The notes under the pieces: generated by a model
The model's input: the letters and a program-made list of their open reading frames with translations, nothing else
What the model was told of the DNA's origin: nothing
Database searches by the model: none
Shown here: piece by piece, positions 1-12,782 of the stretch
Position numbering within the stretch: position 1 is the first letter of the stretch
How the letters are laid out: every line of letters starts with the position of its first letter
NCBI GenBank assembly: GCA_964270895.1
Contig: OZ185444.1
DNA from: Podarcis filfolensis
Taxonomy: Eukaryota
Reading direction: 5' to 3' (one strand)
DNA length: 64,000 bases
Made by a program: the position numbers and the translations under genes

Positions 1-220
1 TTACCCAAGCCTAAAACAGTATGCTATATAGGGCTATCTTGAATTGGTTATCCATACACCAATTAGACATGGGCTCTGAGAGAGGTTAAACAAGAGGATC
101 CAAATGGTTATGCATACAGTAAAAAAATTATTGCCTGCCTTGGACTCTGCTAGGCTAGTTTAAACAACATGGATCCCAGTACCAATTTTCATTAGTCTAT
201 AGTAGTGGTTCCCACACTAA

Positions 221-586
221 GGGACGTGGGTGGCGCTGTGGGTAAAACCTCAGTGCCTAGGACTTGCCGATCATAAGGTTGGTGGGTCGAATCCCTGCGG
301 CGGGGTGAGCTCCCATCGTTCGGTCCCAGCTCCTGCCCATCTAGCAGTTTGATAGCACCCCTAAGTGCAAGTAGATAAATAGGTACCGCTTTATAGCAGG
401 AAGGTAAACGGCGTTTCCGTGTGCTGCGCTGGTGCTGGCTCGCCAGCTGCAGCTTCGTCACGCTGGCCACGTGACCTGGAAGTGTCTTCGGACAGCGCTG
501 GCTCCCGGCCTCTTAAGCGAGATGAGCACGCAACCCTAGAGTCAGACACGACTGGCCCGTACGGGCAGGGGTACCTTTACCTTTTT
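221..586 (+). mobile_element. Sauria SINE (Squam1-type), full length, divergent subfamily
   Basis: GGGAC...TGGCGCTGTGG A-box head, B-box-like GGGTCGAATCC, Bov-B-like 3' tail ending ACCTTT. Near-perfect 16-bp flanking duplication tagtggttccca(c/a)act at 203-218 and 586-601. Confidence 0.9.
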
Positions 587-1263
587 AGTGGTTCCCAAAC
601 TTTTCCCCTCTGAGACCACTTGAACATTGCTGAGGGCCTTGGCAGACCACTTAATGATTCTCCTGCCTTTTAATTCAACCAAAGTGACTGCTAGTAGAAA
701 ATGTGGGTGAGTCCTTCTCATAGAAGCACTCCAATACCATCTTTGCTGTGTGAGAAGCAGTTGGGGAGAGGAGCTGCAAGATATTCAGGAAGCGTTGAAC
801 CCCTTGATCAGTGTGTCCTCTCCCAATATATGTGATGAGGCCACTCCAAGATTAAATCCACACAACTGCTGCAGTGTCTAATATTGCCCTAAGATGCTGT
901 TAGTGGTAGATTTACATAATCACTAATCAGTTTGACAGTGGGACTTGAAATTATTCAGATCAGTTAGAAAATGCCTTCAACCCAATTAGCTTAGCAGGTA
1001 AGCCCTGCTCCTTACCACTGTTGGCTATGAAGTTCCTTTCAAGTAGAGTGAAGCTGCAATTGCTGGACTACACTATGGGGCTTATTTTTCATTTTGTGCA
1101 GTATTATGCAAGGTATTTAAAGTCTAGACTTGATGTTAATGTGCACAGACTAGGTATCTTAGTTATCCCTCAGGTTACTATAGAAGAAATGAAGAGGGAC
1201 GACTTCTGTGCTATACAGTAGTGCTGAAGCTGCTTGGGCATGCATCATGAAATCCTTGGGAAT

Positions 1264-1264
1264 A

Positions 1265-1352
<88 letters not shown>
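1264..1352. repeat. Compound microsatellite (AT)n(AG)n(TG)n
   Basis: Directly visible. Confidence 0.97.
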
Positions 1353-1354
<2 letters not shown>

Positions 1355-1513
1355 GCCTTTAGGTACTTCCATGGCTCCAGCCTGCATTAAATTTCTTTTT
1401 GTTTCCTCTTAACTAGCTGTTTTTCCACATTTCATATTGTTTAATAGTGTGCTTGCACAAACCTGCTACACGTGTTTGAAGAGCAAGTTGCGATACAACA
1501 CAAATAGTATTAT

Positions 1514-1623
1514 GGGTTGTATCCAACCAAGTTCTGTTCAGAGCACACCCACTGAAATTAATGGACCTAAGTTAGTCAAGGGCATTCATTTCTATGTGTC
1601 TACTCAAGCACTGGATACAGCCC
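1514..1623. repeat. ~110-bp palindromic interspersed repeat (GGGTTGTATCCA...TGGATACAGCCC)
   Basis: Terminal inverted repeats match 11/12; related degenerate copies at about 25900-25994 and 41897-42000 share acccactga / tcagtgggt. Confidence 0.6.
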
Positions 1624-1938
1624 CTAATGCCCTTTTTCTTGTTGTCTGATATGAGGAAGCACAGCTGAGAGATCCACTAAGAACTTTTTCTTAGAAATGG
1701 TATTTTTAGGCACTGCTGTTCCAGCTTCCAGTTACAGTCTTGCCCAGACCTCCAAGCTACTCTATCTTATTCTTAAACTGTTCTCATCCCCTGAACTGCT
1801 CTTTTTTGTTTCTCCTGGCTGTAACTGAGCCTTTAGTCCTTGAGTTCCCCTCCATCCTATTGCTTGCCATATGTACATCTTGCAGGAGTCTTCAACAATG
1901 TTTTTCCAAAATGAGGGGCAAATAGTTGGGGTACTCTT

Positions 1939-2061
1939 TCCCAGTTGGTGCCTTCCAAATGCATTGGATTACAATTTCCAACAGGCCTAACCAGCATGGC
2001 TAATGATCAGGAACAATAGGAGATGTAGTCCAAAACATATGGAGGGTACCAGACTGGGGAA
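1939..2061. mobile_element. Palindromic MITE-like repeat related to the 7439 element
   Basis: Arms ttcccag..tggtgccttcca..ttggattaca / tgtagtccaa..tggagggtacca..ctggggaa. Confidence 0.55.
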
Positions 2062-5000
2062 GGAAGGCAGGTCTAGGGAATCTACCTAATGTTCATAAAC
2101 TGTTCTTTAGAAGTAGACCTTTGACAAAACATAGCTGAAAAGCGACTAGCTAACTTTTTACCTTTCACCTATGTCTTCAGCAGTCCCAGTTATAAGCATT
2201 TCTTTATTGGAGGCTCCCAAGCTGTTTATGGCCTTTAGGTTATCTTAAAAACAAGCTTGCAACTGCAGCTTAGCCTACTTGTTTGTGTCCAGGGGCATGC
2301 AGTAAAGAAGGGAGGCTGAGCCAGGAATGGTCACTGGAATGTCTGCGTTTGTGCACAACATTTCTCCTTTGTGTTGGACCAACACTTGCTTTTGGATAAG
2401 GGAACATCCCAGGAAAGTAGTGCTGGCAGATGGCAAAGGGCTGTGCCAAAGGGATAGGTTACATTTCTGAGTAGGTTTAAAAAAGGCTTTAAAAAAGTTG
2501 TATATTATTATAAATCTGTATTGAAATTTTGGAGAGCTTTAGTTGATTAAGATACTCTGATGACACTGAATGTTCAGAACTGCTGCTGCTATCTAGAACT
2601 AGTGATTAAAAATAGTTAAAGTCCCAAGAGCCTGAGGCTGGCTTTATGCTATGAAACTAGCTGTCGCTTTAGCCAAGTTGCCAGACCTTATAAAACTCAC
2701 AGTGGAGCAGGAAATGAGGGATAATTATTACAACATGAAAAGGCAATGGTGTAGCTATAGATTCCTGATCATGGACAACTATTAGCTTGTTTCCTTTGTG
2801 GTTATGAGAAGTTCAGGATCAGTGGCTTTTTTTTTTTAAAAAAAGGTTGTTGAAGGCGTGGCAGATCCTTGTTCCAATCTGAGCCAGACAGTACTAATGT
2901 TGTTGGAGCAGTGCTGGTTCCTTCTGTCTAACCCTACCCCTTGCAGCCCTTTCTTCTAGCTGCTTTGGTCCTATCCTGGCCCTCAGATAGAAATGAATTT
3001 AATTCAGGAAGAAAATCACTTGTGGGGAATGCCAACAGCCTCCTCCTTCCTGCTCTTGATCCGTTAGAAACCACTTGCCCTACTTTTCTGTCTGCTCCTG
3101 GGATAGTGGTGGTCTGCATTCAGAGACAAGGAGCTACTGCTGCTTGTGTCAGGTATCAAGCTTTTGCACTTAAATGTGGACCAGAAAGATGATACAGAAG
3201 CAATGTCCATGAAGAGAGAGTGCTTTAGAAGAAAGAAGCTTAGCATTGATGCAAATTGCAGAGTCCGTGAAAGAATGAGAAGGCATGATCATAGATGAGA
3301 GGGGTGTTGACTCTGACACATACGTCTTGCATGAACTTGACTGGGATGGTAAAACCAGCAGAAGAGGCAGCCTTGCTTTCAAATCTAAGTAAATGGGAAT
3401 AGTGTTTGTACCTGTGGCACAGCAGGGAAGCGTTTAGTTATTGGCTCTGATCTGCTGCTGTGGAGGTATTGTTGGCAGTACTTTGGGCTCCTATGCTGAG
3501 CATTCAAAGCCTGCGGGGATAGGAACTTTTGCTTCAATATTGTCATCTTGTGCAATGTCCCAGGCCTGTCTCTTAAGATCCTGTTGCCCAGGGAGACATG
3601 GTGAACTCTAAACCAAACCCTTTGAGCAGCAGGGCTGGGCTGGAGTCTCTGAAGCCACTGCTGTCATCTTAAAGTGGGATTACTCTACTGAGTGGTCACG
3701 AAGAATGTGTTCTCCCTCTGGAATGTTTTCCTTGTGGGCATGCTGTCTCTTTCCTATGCTGAGAAGGCATGTACTGCACACATGGTAATAGGAAACAACA
3801 GTTTCAGAAAGCATACTATGCTACATTTAGCTTGGAATAAGATATATTACAAACTTTTTAAGCTTTGGGTTGCTGCCAGTTGGGCTTAAGTGTGCTTCAG
3901 ATGGAGTTTGAAACTAATAACCACCTCTACACCCCTCCCCATAACACAATATGCTATTTCCATGCACCAGTTCCCATACTCTGTAAGCTGAACTAATTAA
4001 TATCAGCTTCACTCTTGAGTGCAACGTGTCCTAGGACTTAACTCTGCAGTTGGTTTGTAATGGCAGGAGTGGGCTGTCACTACTGTGGAGTTTCCATACC
4101 ACTATTCCACCCCTGCCATTGCACTTCTGTATTTCATCAATGGTGATTGTGTGGGGAAAGGGTGGTAAGACTTGAGGGCAAAACATGATTCTTAAGAAAT
4201 ACAATTGTGCAAATAGCTTTCCTAGCTTTGAATGCAAAGTATTTTGCCTTGGCAGTAGTACCCCGTCCCCCAATATCCTAATCTGTTTGCTGGCGTACTT
4301 CTGTTTTTGTTGTAACCACAAGCCCATCTAAGTTTGCATGGGCTCCCTAGTTAACCAGTCGCAAGCCTTCTGAGAAGAAAAGCCCAATCGTGGGTTTCCC
4401 TTGCCTCCTATTATAAAAATGTTTCCCTTTGATACCATACAGAGGCTAGTAATGACTTGTTGGTCTGCAGCTGGCATTCCTCAAGTCCTGTAGAGGTGAG
4501 TCGGGAAGAGTGGAAAAAGGAAATGGTTAAATAATACAATTATTTAATCTAAGAATTGGAAAGCAGCAAAAGCTGAACAATTCATCATGAAGGGAAAGAT
4601 TACTTGTAAATTTAAAGTGATGTGGAACTTTTAAGAAGAGTCAGTTAATTTTGTGTTAACAGTTGCAACCAATAGGACCAGAATATGGGGAGAATCTTAA
4701 CATGTGAACCATATGGCTTGAGTTGCATCTTCTATTTGTACATAAAATGGCAGAATTGCTACTGCCTTTCCAATATAGGTACAGTAATTTGTGGACCCTC
4801 CTTTGCAACCACACTGATACCAAGAGGTTTATGCCAGTTAAATTTTCACACGTATTTCATGTTGTGGCATATACAATTTATATTTCCTTAGTTCAGAACT
4901 TGCTTGACACCAAGTGAATAGTGCAGTTCATATTTTTGAATGGTGGCAGCTCTATACCCTGGGATAATAAACTAAACTTAAAAATGAGTGCTCTGAAGTA

Positions 5001-5106
5001 GTGCATCCAAGTACTATACAGCTGCAAAAAAAAAAAAAAAGTAGACTACTTGAATGTTGAGAAAGAGCTCGGATTCCTGGAGAGAGAGACTTTAACAGTT
5101 ACTTAA

Positions 5107-5196
5107 GGCTGCAATCCTATGCTTACTTACCTAGGTATTAGTTCCACTCAACTCACTGGACCTTGCTTCTGAGTAAACCTGTATAGGATTGCACTG
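5107..5196. repeat. ~90-bp palindromic interspersed repeat (TGCAATCCTAT...ATAGGATTGCA)
   Basis: Perfect 11-bp terminal inverted repeats; related degenerate copies at about 38913-38998 and 46614-46703. Confidence 0.6.
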
Positions 5197-6455
5197 CATA
5201 TCAGATATTATTGTGACACACCATATTTAGTTTGTGTGAAAGCCTTGACAGTTATTTTCCCCCACTGTCACAGAAAGGCGCCTCATTGCAGATAATATTG
5301 CTTTTATAAAAAAGTGTGTGTGTATGTGAGTGTTGTGAAATACGCATCATTGAAACAACGGCTGTGCCTGTATGAGGAGCAACTTGAACTTGTGAACTAT
5401 AGAGCCCTCTGGCTTCTCACTTGTGTTATAATGTGGTTCTCCCAACTCAGCATTCACTTTTGATCTTGCAACTAATTTTCAGTTGCTCTGACTCCTCTTT
5501 TACTGCGCAACATCAGCAACAGGATATTGCTAATCAGAGTGCCTCTCATTTCATAATTTCAAAAGTCAAGGAGTGTACTGCTGTACTTGTCACCTCAATT
5601 AATCACTGAGTACTTTCAACAGATTTCTCTGCTTCAATTGCTCTGTGTTACAGAATGCACAGGTATGGGGAATACAGTAATGCCCCCACGTACAATTAAA
5701 TTGGAGAAAATTGGGCATAAAGACTTCAGATGACAACTTTGCATGTCCAAAGGAATTGTGAGACATGAATGTGCTTTTGCCATGTTTGACAAATGAAGCT
5801 CAAACATCTTTATAAGCTGTAGAAATTTCTACATGCCTCTGTCTTTAAGTACTGTAGTTTGTGTGCTTCAGATTTTGAGAGTAATTGAATGTGTTGCTCC
5901 TGAGAATCAGAGGCTCAGTTTCTCCACAGATTCAGGAGAATACCCAGTGAATCGGGCTTTGTCCTGTAAGCAATAGGTTTGAGATCATGATCACATAGTG
6001 CACTTTCACCACCTCACCCCTTGCTTAACCTACACACTGCACTTACCAGTTAGGTAGCATTTGCTGTGTAATTATATCTTACTGTTTCCCCCTCCCCCTT
6101 ACACTTGAGCAAACCGTGCTCAGACTGCTTGAGCAATAGAAGCTTGGTTCCATCAGAACAAAGTGCAGTATAACTCTGGGAACAACTTTCCCCCAGAAAT
6201 TTCATTACAGACTTCATTTGGGCTATTCTGTTGCAAGGCTTTGCATTTGTAACTGCTTAGGTCCTGTTAGGGCTCAATAGTTAAATACTCCAAACTGGTG
6301 AAAATAAACTGTCATCGTTCCCTGAAGATGAGGCTTTAACTACAACTGAAAAGGTTATTGTCTTCTCACTCTCCAGCAACTTTGCCTGGGGCATGTTGTG
6401 CAGTTACCTATTTGCAAGAGCGTGCAATGCTTAAATCAGGAAAAACTGTGTGGGT

Positions 6456-6597
6456 TAATATTCATTGGATACATTCAAGTAGCATGGTCATTTAGAGACA
6501 AAATTTACTGTGTGCTAAGCAGTCTTTCTGCTTATACTCTTTTATATTAATGTGCTGACCTTGATGAGCGATGGCAGAGTCCCAAAAGCAATTCTGT
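6456..6597. repeat. Unclassified ~142-bp direct repeat, copy 1
   Basis: Collinear with 8796-8942; shares TAATATTCATTGGAYACATTCAAGT and an identical 27-mer ATGGCAGAGTCCCAAAAGCAATTCTGT. Confidence 0.9.
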
Positions 6598-7438
6598 GGC
6601 CTCCGATAAAGTAAACTGCAGGCCAAGGGGGTAATACAAATAGTACTGGAGAAATAAACTGCAAGCAGTGTGTCCTGTTTTTCCAGATGCTTCTGAAGCC
6701 TAAACGAAGCTTCACTTTTTTCAGGGGGCAGGTTCTCACAAACCTTTAATACTAGAAATCCTGCAGAAAGGGTTCAGCAAATGGAATGTCTAGATTCCTG
6801 AAAGGTAGACTGTATCTCACCCTCTCCTTCCCAGTCTTGTGGTGCAGATGGTGTATTCAGTTGTCAGCCTTCATCTGAAACACCTGGATCCTGTAGAAAG
6901 CTTAGGAGTTGAGAACGAATCTCTTGTGCGTGTTCAGCAAATAGGTTCTTAAGATGTTCCCTAAAAGAGAGATGCCGGTTCCATAGTGTGTGGGGCGCAT
7001 GGTATAACTATGGGAAGGTGGGTGGGGCGCTGGTGAACTAGGAAATCCCTGGTTCGAATGTCAGTGTTTAGTTACGTACCCAGTAGGTGGCACAGTGCAG
7101 CTCAGATTCTGCAGAATACTAATTGTGTGTTGCAACTCCATGTTATGGCTGGGTGAGATGTTTGCCAAATCCTTACTGTTACCACACTCTTCTTGTGCAA
7201 GCTGCTTTTACCCTTTGCAGCAAAGGGGAACATATTGGGGGAGGTGATTTAGTAAGAAGAGTTCACTTTCCACCTTCTGTTAGAATTTGGTAGTCATGCA
7301 TGAGTCTGCTGTTGTCATGACGTTTGGCTCTTATACAGTTCTGTGTTCTCTTGACTTCCCATTTTAAATAGGAGAACAACAACCTACTCTAAGAAGGTGA
7401 CTGTAAGGATTACTGGGAATATATGTGACTCCTTGGAG

Positions 7439-7571
7439 CAGGGATGTGGAACCTGTGGCTTTCCAGATGTTGTTGGGCTCAGTCCCATCAACCCTAGTTG
7501 ACATAGTCCAGTGGTCAAGGCTGTAGTTCAGCAGCATCTGTGTGGGGTGTGTCAAAGTTTGCCCATTCCTG
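7439..7571. mobile_element. Short palindromic hAT-like MITE (CAGGGAT...ATTCCTG family), degenerate
   Basis: Ends cagggatgtggaacc / gtttgcccattcctg; inner arms cagatgttgttgggct / agttcagcagcatctg. Confidence 0.6.
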
Positions 7572-8795
7572 CCATATGCCTCCATCAAATATATACACCA
7601 CAGAGGCTGCATTTGTATTCCCTCCCATGGCTGATTATGGTGTTAATTAACTTTTGTAATGTCTGCATGAATGGCTAGACTAAGATGCAACTCCTCCCAC
7701 CTTTCCCATTGTCTCCACTTCACATCTGTACCGAAAGGACTGTGGCTGTGGTACACTACAATATTATGAGTAAGGGAAGGTGAAGGTCCTTCACTTGAAA
7801 TGTTTTTTTGCTCATGTGAGAAAGAAATGTTTGCTCTGAGAATGCTGAAACGCCCTGCAGTCTCCCTTAAACCTATGTGCTTGAGATGATCTGAATTGCT
7901 TCTAGATGTCTTGGTTATGACTGAATCAAAGTGTGGATGGTAACAGGGACCACACACCTGTAACTAGCCCAGCTTTACAATAGAATGGTAAAGAGCAGGA
8001 GCGGGCAGGAGCACAGGAAAGAGTCTCTCCCAAACTACTGCTGTTGCATGTGCTCCAGCAAATCTCATTATGGTCTCTTCCAACATCAAAGGGGTGGCTA
8101 CCTGCCCAATACTCTTGCTGTTTAGCGTTCCGCCATGACTGCAGATGTTGATGCTATATCTGTAATTAGCAGATCAGTTCTAGGAACAAGCTGGATTCTG
8201 CACAGTGGACCCAAACTTCTTTCTTAGTTGAGTTTTACTGTTCAGTTTAACATTTATGTTGGCTTCCACTAATTTGTATCATCTTATTGTACAGCAGGAG
8301 GTATCCAGTAAGATAATGCTTGCTTAGAGTAGGGGATTCACCAGCTGCTCCATTGGAGAGTCTGTGCACTTTTAACAGCTTCCATTATTAAAAAAAAAAA
8401 AAATAGCGCTGGGAGAGCACTCCGCAGCCCAGTGCACTCCATGGTCATGGTCAGGGCTGTTGAGAATCTTTATCCAAAACCTCTGGGGGGGGCATCAGGT
8501 GGAAAAAGCTGCTTTAAATTGAAAGAAAAGTCCTGAAAAACACATTAACTAGCAAATACTCAAATGGTCAAAATCTGTTCTGCATTGATAAAAATGGAGC
8601 AGCATCAGTAGCAAGCAAAAAAAAAAAAAAAAAGGAGGAAGGGGAAAATGTGATGTGCTACAAATAAATGTGTGCTGCGAACTTGAACAGTTATTTGTAG
8701 CATTGGAAGTTTATTCCTTCTTCCAGCCCCTTTAACTAAATCCTATGCCTTGTGTGTGTGTGTAATATAAAATATAATTTTCTTGAAAGCAGACA

Positions 8796-8942
8796 TAATA
8801 TTCATTGGACACATTCAAGTACCATACCCCCGTCAGTCTGAGACCAAATTTCCTGTTTGTTAAGCAGATTTGTTGCTTATGGTCTTTTATATTAATTTAC
8901 TGACCTGGTTGAGCAATGGCAGAGTCCCAAAAGCAATTCTGT
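8796..8942. repeat. Unclassified ~147-bp direct repeat, copy 2
   Basis: Collinear with 6456-6597 with a 5-nt insertion. Confidence 0.9.
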
Positions 8943-11091
8943 TCAAGTGGACTTGAATGGTTGAAAAGTATTTCCTGTGATAAACATTCAACAGTTGGTT
9001 AAAATGTGGTACCTTTTCACAGCTCATAATGCTGATAAAGTGATGTGCAGATCATGTTAATGATACCGATAAGGTGCAGTCCTTGATCTCTCATCATTTT
9101 TCCAGCATACATTCAGTGTTTAATAAGTTACCTTTTCTGGAAGTAGACAATACGGACCTGTGCTAGAGCTGACTTTCGCCAAGTATGGAACACTAAATTA
9201 GGTAACATAGTTGTTTTTAATAATGCATTTTTTTAAAAAAAACATTTAACAGGTGACAACCAATAACAAAATGGACATAAAGAAAGAAAGAAAAACAAGT
9301 ACAGAATCCAAGTTATTCCATGGAGAGAACTCATAGTTGTGACAGCATAAAGGGGCAATAGGTTCAGTTAGGGTGTATGATTACAGTACTAGTGTGTGTC
9401 ACTTGGTGTACTGCTGATAATTGCTGTCAGGATGTGGTGTGAGCTTTTTCACATCCTACACCTGGCCTGTTGCCATTTCCTGTTAAAGCTTACAGTCTCT
9501 ACTAGATCATCATATGTGTGACTTAAGGAAGGTCTAACATTTTTCCTTTTCTCGGTCCCTTGCTGTTCATCTTACAGACATTGTCCCACCCTTACTCTGT
9601 TGTTTACACTCTTCTTTTTGCGTTTAGTAATGACAGACATTAATAGTTCCTTTTTTAGTTTTCAAATGTCCTACAGTCAAGGAACACATAGATTTGCTTT
9701 TCACAGAAGCCCTGTGAACTAAAGTGGATTCTGAAAACACTCCAAGGTTCCTTCTCTCCTTATGCTGGCTAGGTCTTTTCAGTCTTGCCACCTTCTGTGT
9801 GAATTTGGTCTGTGCTCAGGAGCATGTTTAATATTCCCCCATGGCTGTACATGATGTGGCTCCCTGAGAAACTCCTAATAAGATTATGGTTGCTATTGGA
9901 TCAGTTACCTGGATCAGAGCTCATAAACTATTCTAGTAGAACCTGAGCCCATTTTCTGTGCACTCTTAAGGCTTTTCACGTACTTGACTGCACACACAGT
10001 TTGGCACACACCTGTTTGTGAAATGTATGGATATGTTGGTATGATTCCACTGCTGTAAGAATGCCCCCTCCAATAATATTTTCTTCATAATTTGTATTAT
10101 GAATTGGAAATGTTTGACAATTACTTCTTGGAAAAAGTGAACTCGAGTAATTGGTCATCTTTGTGAACAATATTACAACAGGGGCCCCTTCTCTGCTAAG
10201 ATGGGGAGAAATAGATTTATGTGCTGCTGGGGCAGGCGAGGTGGAAAAACTGTGGCCTGCTAGATGTCGTTGGACTGCAACTCCCATTGCCCCCGCTCAT
10301 TGGCATGGCTGCCAGAGCTTAAGGGATTTGAATTTCAATTCTAGGTCCTTGCTGCTGAAGATACCTAGTGACTAAGATGTGCACAGAACATGGAAGTAAA
10401 ATTTCCAGAATGCCATGCACCTCAAAGGCTGTCAACCAAAATAACTCTTTTTCTCTGAAGGCATGAGGAATGACAAAACCATGCCAGATGTATTCTAAGC
10501 AGAAAGGGCCTAAAGAAATAGAAGAATATTTTAAGCTGACTATACAGCTCTTCAGTTAGTTTTCAGGAAATGATGAAACTGAAAGTAACCAAATTCAGCT
10601 GGAAGCGCTCATTCTCCTGGTGTGTCTTGCTCAATTATGGCCAAAAAAGGCAAGTAGTTAGATTCTTGGAAGTTGCAATTGCAGGAAGCTGGGTAGCAGA
10701 AGTTTAGACTGCAGCTGTTGTCTTGCCAGCCTTGATACAATTCTGAATACAGCACAATGAATTATTCCCCACCTTTTCCTTTGGCTCCTGAGTGACAAAT
10801 TTATGGACCTAAATCACCAGAGTTTTCTCCTATTTTAGCAAAGACCTGTGGCATATTTTTGGCTCCAACACTATGATTAGGCATCATGAAGCATGGTGTA
10901 TCACTGGAAATACTTGGCTCTAGGATAGTTCTTGTTTGTTTGAAGAGCTTTTATTGGGTTTTACAAAATGTAACTTTTTGCTTTTTGATGTCTCCAGCAA
11001 ATTCTTCCAGTATGAGCTTCACATTGGTTTTATTGCATTAAATATAGCCCCAGCACATTATTCCTGTTTAATTGCTTCTAATTTGCATCTG

Positions 11092-11163
11092 GTTGGTCAC
11101 TGTGAGAGGATGTTGGACTAGATGGGCGATTGGCCTGATCCAGCAGACTCCTCTTATGTTTTC
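11092..11163 (+). mobile_element. LINE-tail (CR1/L2-type) or SINE 3' fragment
   Basis: ggactagatgggcgattggcctgatccagcag...cttatgtt resembles the common squamate retroposon 3' end (from memory). Confidence 0.45.
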
Positions 11164-11284
11164 AATTTCTAGCAAAATCCAAAGTGCCTTGTTTGCATAG
11201 TTAATCATAAGTAAATGCATATTTAGGTGAATGCAAGCTGTCTAAACACTTGCCTTTGAGACTAAGGTGACATAAAACTGATGG

Positions 11285-11285
<1 letters not shown>

Positions 11286-11335
<50 letters not shown>

Positions 11336-11336
11336 T
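11286..11336. repeat. (TTTC)n microsatellite
   Basis: Directly visible. Confidence 0.97.
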
Positions 11337-12758
11337 AAGGCTTAATGGAAACGTATATCCACAGTACATCCTTGATCAAGTCTTGCTGCAGTTTACCAAC
11401 TATTTTGTAACTTGGTTGACTCTGGAGGGAGACCACTTTGTATTCTAAATGTCTTCATGGGCAGCTTTGGCTAGCAGCATGCAGCAGTATTGACACTGTG
11501 GTGTGCAAAGGCTGGCTGAAAAGCTTGGTTCTTGACGGCTGTATGCATGCACACACAATGCAGAGAGACAGGACGTTTGTAAGGTTTTGAAATACCTAAT
11601 ACAATGGACCACTTGTGTTGCATAGTGAGCCACATAAAGTGGCAAGTATAAAATTACTTTGCCTTTTACCTCCTAAAGTAGTTCTGAGGTTTTTTTTCTC
11701 CTTGTGGAAAAATAGAAGTGGCTACCTGGCAGCCACTTTTTTCTAATCTCACAGCCCTGCTCTAGTCAGGGTGAGTCTCCTGCCAGCCTGGAGGTTTTAC
11801 TTTTACTTTCAGGCTATTAACAGATGCCACAAGGGATTGAGTGAGGCTGGCAGCCCAAGTTAAATCATTTGTAGGCATAATAGCAAAGAAAGGAATTCTA
11901 ATTTCTAGACAGGAAGAAAAGACTACCTGCTTTCCTACCTACCCATGCTAGGGCTGCCAGTCTGTAAATAGCTGCTGTATGCTGTAAATAACTGTAGACC
12001 ACTGTAGACTTAGTATTTCTTCAGATATCTTACATTTGTTCCAGGGAACTGACAAATGTTGATAAGAAATCGGGTTGTGTCATATCTACTGAAAAGTTAT
12101 TAACCTTAGCAAGTTTTTCATCTCTGTACGTATTTCCTATGATTTGGCATAACTTAATATCATTTTACAGTTTCATTGGGGTAGAACGTGTATATTCTCC
12201 TCAGGTGTGACCCATCCATTTTAAATAGCTGTTTTTAACTGAGGGGAAAACCACTTTGACTATGTGGAGCTGCCCGCCCCCCGTCTAGTTAAGGCCTAGG
12301 GGGAGGAGGCTAATTGTAGCACTACCACATTGTGTTGATATGTAGTTGCCAGCTTCTTGTGTGTGCCTTCAAGCTTGCTTGCTTGAGTAATTGGATGCTT
12401 TTATGCATCTGGTTTCTGCCTATTTGTGACCCACAGGGGCTAATGAATCTGTGGGGAAGCAACAGGTGAATAGTTTATCTGGGCATGCAACTTGGAGTCA
12501 ATGGCCTTGTCTACTCAAAACTCCTTTACAAGGACTTAAAATATCTATACAGTCATCTCTAGTGTTCTTGCCTCTATAGAGTGTTTAAGCTGACAACATG
12601 AGCCTACTTCTAATGATTGCATGGCATTTAAGCAGTAACATGGTCAAAGATTTGAAATCGATGTTGGTGAGGGAACTGGTGCCTATTTCAGGTGACTCAA
12701 AGGTTGTAGTGTCAAAATGTTGGCAAGGTAATAACATTGCAACTTCTTCTTTTCATAG

Positions 12759-12778
12759 GTCCCTGGTTATAAGCCACC

Positions 12779-12782
<4 letters not shown>
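12759..12782 (+). promoter_or_regulatory. Exon 2 5'UTR segment (12759-12778) with strong Kozak context
   Basis: Acceptor tttcatag (AG 12757-12758), then GTCCCTGGTTATAAGCCACCATGG; GCCACCATGG is the optimal vertebrate Kozak sequence. Confidence 0.85.

Noticed and set aside
6456-6597. snoRNA or hammerhead reading of the direct repeat (TTGATGAG near 6561)
   Set aside because: The motif is absent from copy 2; no paired D box, terminal ACA box or GAAA core in the right geometry
7020-7075. tRNA-like B box (ctggttcgaat) in intron 1
   Set aside because: No cloverleaf or matching A box; probably a very old SINE remnant
1-12758. MYH9 promoter or non-coding exon 1
   Set aside because: No CpG island or convincing first-exon donor; the only CpG-rich patches are SINEs, so the promoter presumably lies upstream of the window
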